Virus record (IMG/VR): IMGVR_UViG_3300046516_001816
Location: 220,984-284,983 of that record
Length of the DNA: 64,000 nt
Reading direction: 5' to 3' (one strand)
Every line of letters begins with the position of its first letter. Positions within the stretch are counted from its first letter, which is position 1. Of the stretch, positions 59,171 through 64,000 are shown piece after piece. A program made the position numbers and the translations under genes. The notes under the pieces are model-generated. The model was not told where the DNA came from. It ran no database searches and saw only the letters and a list, made by a program, of their open reading frames with translations.

Positions 59171-59287
59171 ATGTCGTTTTTCAAGAAGTCGTTTTTCAAG
59201 AAGCGTAGGAATGTCGTGGATGTAGCGGTTCTGTCGACTTGGGTGGTGTTGATTGCGGTGGTGATTCAATCCGGTCATCACATCTGA
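59171..59287 (+). CDS. small single-TM peptide (38 aa, not in ORF track)
   Basis: GGAG RBS; MSFFKKSFFKKRRNVVDVAVLSTWVVLIAVVIQSGHHI; 15-bp tandem duplication at the start. Confidence 0.5.
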   Translation: MSFFKKSFFKKRRNVVDVAVLSTWVVLIAVVIQSGHHI

Positions 59288-59335
59288 GTTAGCGGCATAG
59301 AAGCCCGGCTTGTGGCCGGGCCTTTATGCCGTCGA

Positions 59336-60631
59336 TTAGATGCCTGTGACTTGGGTGTTCCAAGCCAGGTAGCCTGTCGGGAGCGGATTGACAAACGTGC
59401 TGCTACCAGGATTAAACGTGACCGAGTCAGTGACCTGCCAGAGTGAGGCGGCTGGGAACACTTGCGCGGACAAGTTATTCTGTTTACAGATGCTGTTAAT
59501 CGAGATCCCGCCGACATTGCCGACTGGGTTTTGCTTGGCTGGGGTGTCGCCGTTCCACTGCTTGGTGATCGGGTTATAGAACCAGACCAAGCCGAGGTTC
59601 AGATTCACCGCCATACCCATGGTCGAGCCTTGGACCGGGGCTTGCGAGCCAATCGTGTCGATGTTGCCCCCCAGGTAATAAATCCCGGAGGTGACCTTGG
59701 CCAGATTGCTGAACATCATGATACTGTTCGCATCCGCGCCGAGCTCGCCGTTGGCGGCCGCCAGCTGGTTGCACAGACCAAAACCCACGGCGCCGGTGAG
59801 GCGATTGATCGTGAGTTCGGCGTAGAACAAGCCTGCGGTTTGCGCGTAGGTCGTGCGGGCGGTCTGCCACTGGTTGAGCGTAGAGACCACCTGCATATTG
59901 CTCGCTTGAAGCTGCAAGCCTGCCGGCAAGGTTGCCGGATCGAAGGTCGCCGTCACCGTAACGGTCTGCGGCGGGGTGGTGCCGTCGCCTCCGCCACCCA
60001 AGACCGTGCCTGCCGCAATCGCTTGTTGAATCCAGGTGACAAGGGCAGAGTACTGCTGCTGCAATGTCGCGTGCTGGGCCTGCAAGGCGGTGAGTTGCGC
60101 AGTAGGCGTGCCGCTCTTACTCATATTCGCCTGACGCTGCGCGGTCATCGACTGATCTTCCGCGGGACTCACCAGCGTCTTGGCCGATACTGCCACGGCT
60201 TTCACCGTCGGGTTCGCAATGCCCAACGAATCCTTCACGGCTGCGGCGACGGCGGACTTCACATAGGTGAGGTCCAGCTTATCGGGCAGCGGTCCCAGAT
60301 TCACCCCGAGCACGATGGACGTGTACGGGATGTTGTTCTGGTTCGGCATCGCGGTGATATACGTATTGGGCAGATACAGCCACTGCCCACCGGATGCTTG
60401 CAAGGACACAATCGACGCACCGGCGGCAATGTCTGCCTGGTAGTCCGACTGCTGAAGGTTGTTGGGTTTGTAATACAGCGTGTAGGGGTCTCCCCCTGCG
60501 GCGACAATATCTGCGAGCAACCGAACGGCCACCACCGAGTACGACACGTTCGTTTGAAGCTGAGCAGCGAAGGGCGCCTTAAGCGTCCACAAGCCCCCCA
60601 TTCCAATACTGGGTGAAAGTACAGTAGCCAT
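59336..60631 (-). CDS. virion-associated protein with C-terminal SPRY-like domain
   Basis: Jumbo-phage-type N-domain (LKAPF, LGPLP), coiled coil, and a SPRY-like C-domain similar to that of 49668-52556. Confidence 0.7.
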   Translation of the reverse strand: MATVLSPSIGMGGLWTLKAPFAAQLQTNVSYSVVAVRLLADIVAAGGDPYTLYYKPNNLQQSDYQADIAAGASIVSLQASGGQWLYLPNTYITAMPNQNNIPYTSIVLGVNLGPLPDKLDLTYVKSAVAAAVKDSLGIANPTVKAVAVSAKTLVSPAEDQSMTAQRQANMSKSGTPTAQLTALQAQHATLQQQYSALVTWIQQAIAAGTVLGGGGDGTTPPQTVTVTATFDPATLPAGLQLQASNMQVVSTLNQWQTARTTYAQTAGLFYAELTINRLTGAVGFGLCNQLAAANGELGADANSIMMFSNLAKVTSGIYYLGGNIDTIGSQAPVQGSTMGMAVNLNLGLVWFYNPITKQWNGDTPAKQNPVGNVGGISINSICKQNNLSAQVFPAASLWQVTDSVTFNPGSSTFVNPLPTGYLAWNTQVTGI

Positions 60632-60641
60632 GCTTTACCTT

Positions 60642-62045
60642 TTATTGCCCTTGCGGTGTGCTGCCGTCGCTGGACGTGCTGGTGCCATCGGCACCAAAGA
60701 GCGGCACATCGGCCAAGGGGAAGTTCGAAGCGCAGGCCATGAGATAATTCACGTTCTCAAAAGTCTGCACCAAATAGAAGATGCCGTCACGCGTGAGCGT
60801 CGACATCCCGGCGGGCACGTTGCCGTAGAGCGTGAGCGTTTCGGCCGCAATCAGCATCGAGCCCAGCATCAGGAAGAAGTTCTGCGTGTCCGTCCCCATG
60901 CGGGCAAAGTCGGTCGACTGACTCGGCACTGACAGCAGATCCGGGAAGACGTCTTCGAGCTGATACCAGGCGTTCTTGTTGTTGGGTGAGCCGCACGAGA
61001 TCACCGGGGTGCATTTCCAGGGGTACGTCTGGACGCACGTGTTGGAATTAATATGAGCGCTCGGATAGCTCTGTGCGACCTGCGTCATCATCTTGAGGAC
61101 GCGGGAGGCATTGGCCACCGGCGAGTAAATCCCGCTCTTCTGATTGCGGTTCGGAATCGCAAACTGGTCCCACATCGGCACCAGAATGAACTCCGTCTGC
61201 TTAAACAGATCGGGCAGGATCGCCGTCCACTCGGCCTGGGTGTGCGTGCTGTTGGCGAGGATATAGCCGATCAACGCATTTTGAATCGCGTCGATATTGT
61301 TGCCGGCCGCACCATAGATCAGCACACTCCAGTTCGTCGGAATGAGGTTGGTGTCATTCGTCGGATCCACGTAGTTGTACGACTCACCCACGTAGAGCGT
61401 TTCCGGGTTGTTGCCCTTGGCGGCCTGGATATTGGCCACCGTGGTCGGGAACGTCGCCGCGTCGATCAAGGCCCGCACATTCGCTGACGGCGTGAAGAAG
61501 TCGTCGAGGTTCGCAATCGGGGGCACGATCACAAAGCTGTACTGATCGTACTGACCCTTAAACGAATTGTCGGCAAACCAAATCTTGATCAGATTCTGAC
61601 CGCCCGTGGCAATCGAGCCATAGGTGGGGTCGGTGGTGTTTTCCCACTGGATCCATTCCGGCACCCAGTAGGTCCCATCCGTCACCATGTTACCGGCGCT
61701 GAAATTCGTGGCGCTGGATTCAAACTGGGCGAGCAGACCATTGAGGATCGTGGCCTGAGCAATCTCACCCGGGTTGGGCAGGGCTTGCGTTTGGGCAAAG
61801 ATCCACGCCGCAATTTGCAAGACCTGCTGAGCCAGATTCGTCGGCACCGCAACTTGACCGCGCACCGAATCATTGCTCGTCATGGCGACCAGCGTCAGAT
61901 CCGGAGCAACCGATTCCTTGAAGTATTCGGACTTGGTTGTTGAATAGGTGCTCGACAGCGTGGAGAGTTCACCGATGGTGGATGTGCCCCCAGGGACAGC
62001 ATCCAGAAAGGTGTTGTTCTCAATAAACCCTTTTAAGACGTACAT
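60642..62045 (-). CDS. virion structural protein (phiKZ gp157-like)
   Basis: MYVLKGF, IGELST, IKIWFAD..F..QY, YGAAGNN, W..ILPDLFK.TEF; GAGGA RBS before ATG 62045. Confidence 0.7.
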   Translation of the reverse strand: MYVLKGFIENNTFLDAVPGGTSTIGELSTLSSTYSTTKSEYFKESVAPDLTLVAMTSNDSVRGQVAVPTNLAQQVLQIAAWIFAQTQALPNPGEIAQATILNGLLAQFESSATNFSAGNMVTDGTYWVPEWIQWENTTDPTYGSIATGGQNLIKIWFADNSFKGQYDQYSFVIVPPIANLDDFFTPSANVRALIDAATFPTTVANIQAAKGNNPETLYVGESYNYVDPTNDTNLIPTNWSVLIYGAAGNNIDAIQNALIGYILANSTHTQAEWTAILPDLFKQTEFILVPMWDQFAIPNRNQKSGIYSPVANASRVLKMMTQVAQSYPSAHINSNTCVQTYPWKCTPVISCGSPNNKNAWYQLEDVFPDLLSVPSQSTDFARMGTDTQNFFLMLGSMLIAAETLTLYGNVPAGMSTLTRDGIFYLVQTFENVNYLMACASNFPLADVPLFGADGTSTSSDGSTPQGQ

Positions 62046-62153
62046 CCTGTCCTCTCTGCAAAGTCGGGCTAAGAAATAGGGAAGGCAAGGGGGTTGATCT
62101 GTCCCCTTTACCTGTGTTAAACTCAAACTATAAAATTAACCACGAGGACCATT

Positions 62154-62567
62154 GTGAATCCGCTCGAGTTTGTCTTTAAGCTCCTCTGGAACGCGTGGCC
62201 GTTTGTCAAGGAAATGGTGCTGGATGGCCGGTCTTTGAAACACGCATTCCAGTTCAACCGCCGCCGTGCCATTTTCAGTGTAGTGGTAATGGCAAGTTTT
62301 GCGTTTAACATGCTCAACTTTGGCATCGATGGCCGCATGGTGTCGGTCATGATGAAGTATGTCAAGTTGGAGAAAGACCATGTCGCTATGGGTAAGGAGC
62401 TTGACCGTTTGAAGACGTCGATGGTGACCAACAACTGCCCGTTGCCAGCGCCTGCTGAACCGGCTTCGGCGCCCGCGCCTGAAGTGATCACGGTGCCGGA
62501 TACGGCTGGTCAACAAAACCGGTACGATGCGCTGCAAAGTACCTTCACAAATCTGAACCGTCAATAA
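62154..62567 (+). CDS. membrane protein with coiled coil (second i-spanin candidate)
   Basis: GAGGA RBS; TM AIFSVVVMASFAFNML, short coiled coil, Cys and Pro-rich tail. Confidence 0.5.
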   Translation: MNPLEFVFKLLWNAWPFVKEMVLDGRSLKHAFQFNRRRAIFSVVVMASFAFNMLNFGIDGRMVSVMMKYVKLEKDHVAMGKELDRLKTSMVTNNCPLPAPAEPASAPAPEVITVPDTAGQQNRYDALQSTFTNLNRQ

Positions 62568-62607
62568 AACGAAGGGGAGGCTTGGACCTCCCCGACCAGG
62601 GGTTATC

Positions 62608-63090
62608 ATGCATAAACGTACCAGACTGGCGATTGTGATTGGCGTGTTATCGCTCGGCGCGTGTGACAGCTTCACGCTTTCGTACACGCACGGGGACCGC
62701 CCCGATCCATCGCCGCAAGCCCCGGCTCCCACCAATCCCGCAAGCGGTGTGGTCCAAACCGATCCGGTGCAAACCCAATCGAGTGTGATTAAAAGCCTCA
62801 CCGACATTCAACAGAAACAGCAAGGCGTGCAGAACCAGGTCATGCAGAGCTGGTGTCCGAAATGGAACCCGCCGCGGCTGCCCGCCGTGCCGGCCGCCCC
62901 CGCCGCGGCGCTGGCGCAGCTCAAGCCCAATGAGACCGATGCGATCGCTGCCTTGACCCGACAACACATTGTGGAGCTGCACGCATGGGCAAGTCGCGCG
63001 CAGGCGATCTACGCGCAGTCGTACCGCGAGTATCTCACCAACTGTGCCAAAGCCAAGCAGCAGGTGGCGATCGACGCACCGAATATGTAA
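62608..63090 (+). CDS. lipoprotein (second o-spanin candidate)
   Basis: Lipobox LGAC, Pro-rich linker, two further Cys. Confidence 0.55.
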   Translation: MHKRTRLAIVIGVLSLGACDSFTLSYTHGDRPDPSPQAPAPTNPASGVVQTDPVQTQSSVIKSLTDIQQKQQGVQNQVMQSWCPKWNPPRLPAVPAAPAAALAQLKPNETDAIAALTRQHIVELHAWASRAQAIYAQSYREYLTNCAKAKQQVAIDAPNM

Positions 63091-63142
63091 AAAACACTGT
63101 TCGGAGGTATGGTTTAGTACCCGAACAGATTAGGATCACACC

Positions 63143-64000
63143 GTGAGTGAAATCAATAACCTCGAAGAACAGGTTGTCACCGCCCTGGAAATCAAAGACA
63201 CGGAAGTTGTAGAGTCCGTTGAAATTATTCCGGCCAAAGAAGCCGAGAGTAACCAGGGACTGATGATCTATGCAGACGGATCGGCCGCGCCCACCAATCC
63301 CGGTCCGACCGGCTGGGGGATTCACGGCTTTCTCTATGCAGATGTCAAACCCAAAAAGGGCACCGGCAACAGTGGTTGGAACCTGACCAAGAATGGCTAC
63401 GTCGCTAAGACCGACGCCAGTCAGAAAGGCACCTTCGGCGACATCACGCCGATTCACTATGTCGATGGCTTTGGCTCCATTCCCGATCCGGGTTGGGGCG
63501 CACCGAACCGACCGAGCAATAACGTCGGTGAACTGATGGGTGCCACCCGTGCTCTCGAACACGCCTTGAACTACAGCGTGAAGTTCGTGCATGTGCGCAC
63601 TGACAGCGAGTATGTCCGTAAGGGCATCGAAGGCTGGGTCGAGAACTGGGAGCGCAATAACTGGCTCAAGCGTGACGGCAGTCCGCCGGCGAATATTGAC
63701 TACTGGAAGAACCTGTGGTCCATTCGCAACCAGCTGACTGATCGCGGTGTCGATGTGAAGTTCTCCTGGGTCAAGGGGCACAACAATCACATCGGCAATG
63801 AGCTCGCCGATAAGCTGGCGGGTCTGGGCTCGATGATGGCCAAGAGCACGGGTGAGCATCGCAACGAAATCAATATCAAGGTGGCCGAAGGCTACTGGAA
63901 GTATGATAGCGAGCGCCACCCGTTCGTGTCCCAGCAGCGGATGTATTTCAATACGCTCAAAGAGTACTGCAAGCCGGGTGAGTACTACCTGGGCAACCAC
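63143..64000 (+). CDS. rnhA: ribonuclease HI, 3'-truncated by window edge (not in ORF track)
   Basis: GTG 63143 after AGGA; IYADGS..NPGPTGWG, SNNVGEL, TDSEYV, WVKGH, GNELADKLA. Confidence 0.9.
   Translation, partial: MSEINNLEEQVVTALEIKDTEVVESVEIIPAKEAESNQGLMIYADGSAAPTNPGPTGWGIHGFLYADVKPKKGTGNSGWNLTKNGYVAKTDASQKGTFGDITPIHYVDGFGSIPDPGWGAPNRPSNNVGELMGATRALEHALNYSVKFVHVRTDSEYVRKGIEGWVENWERNNWLKRDGSPPANIDYWKNLWSIRNQLTDRGVDVKFSWVKGHNNHIGNELADKLAGLGSMMAKSTGEHRNEINIKVAEGYWKYDSERHPFVSQQRMYFNTLKEYCKPGEYYLGNH

Larger units (their letters stand above)
6021..59331. repeat. dispersed GC-rich hairpin + TATG(C)CG element at gene 3' ends (about 13 copies)
   Basis: Copies at ~6021, 8044, 14121, 14228, 16149, 17255, 17634, 22419(-), 27153, 33809, 43247, 53903, 59293. 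Confidence 0.8.

Noticed and set aside
6021-59331. CRISPR array or REP/MITE interpretation of the repeated hairpins
   Set aside because: Copies are dispersed singly at gene ends, stems differ in sequence, and there is no regular spacing, cas gene or transposase.
17626-64000. Long antisense ORFs (e.g. 17626-19233 +, 24838-27045 -, 30177-32300 -, 49854-52496 +, 63035-64000 -)
   Set aside because: They shadow well-supported genes on the opposite strand and are a codon-bias artefact at high GC; no RBS or recognisable motifs.

Overview
Gene-dense 64 kb segment of a phiKZ-like jumbo phage (nucleus-forming Chimalliviridae type), GC-rich. All family assignments come from recalled motifs and gene order, not database searches. 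About 1-17.6 kb is an accessory/early region on the + strand. It holds many small unknown genes, a protein resembling the sigma-like non-virion RNAP subunit (phiKZ gp68 type), a run of five small glycine-rich membrane proteins, a ~590-nt highly structured intergenic RNA candidate, and three tandem 2OG-Fe(II) oxygenases followed by an HD-like (DUF6817-type) protein. About 17.7-64 kb is the conserved core: internal head protein, SF2 helicase, DnaB-like helicase, major capsid protein, split RNAP beta subunit, portal, baseplate/virion proteins, RuvC, two spanin-like pairs, a CYTH protein, four paralogous tail fibres (one ending in a Hint domain, one in a SPRY domain), a baseplate spike, SbcC and RNase H. 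Most notable observations: the large structured ncRNA candidate; the Hedgehog-like Hint domain on a tail fibre; a stand-alone copy of an internal segment of the major capsid protein; a gp68-like gene outside the usual core context; and a window-wide hairpin+TATGCCG element at gene ends.
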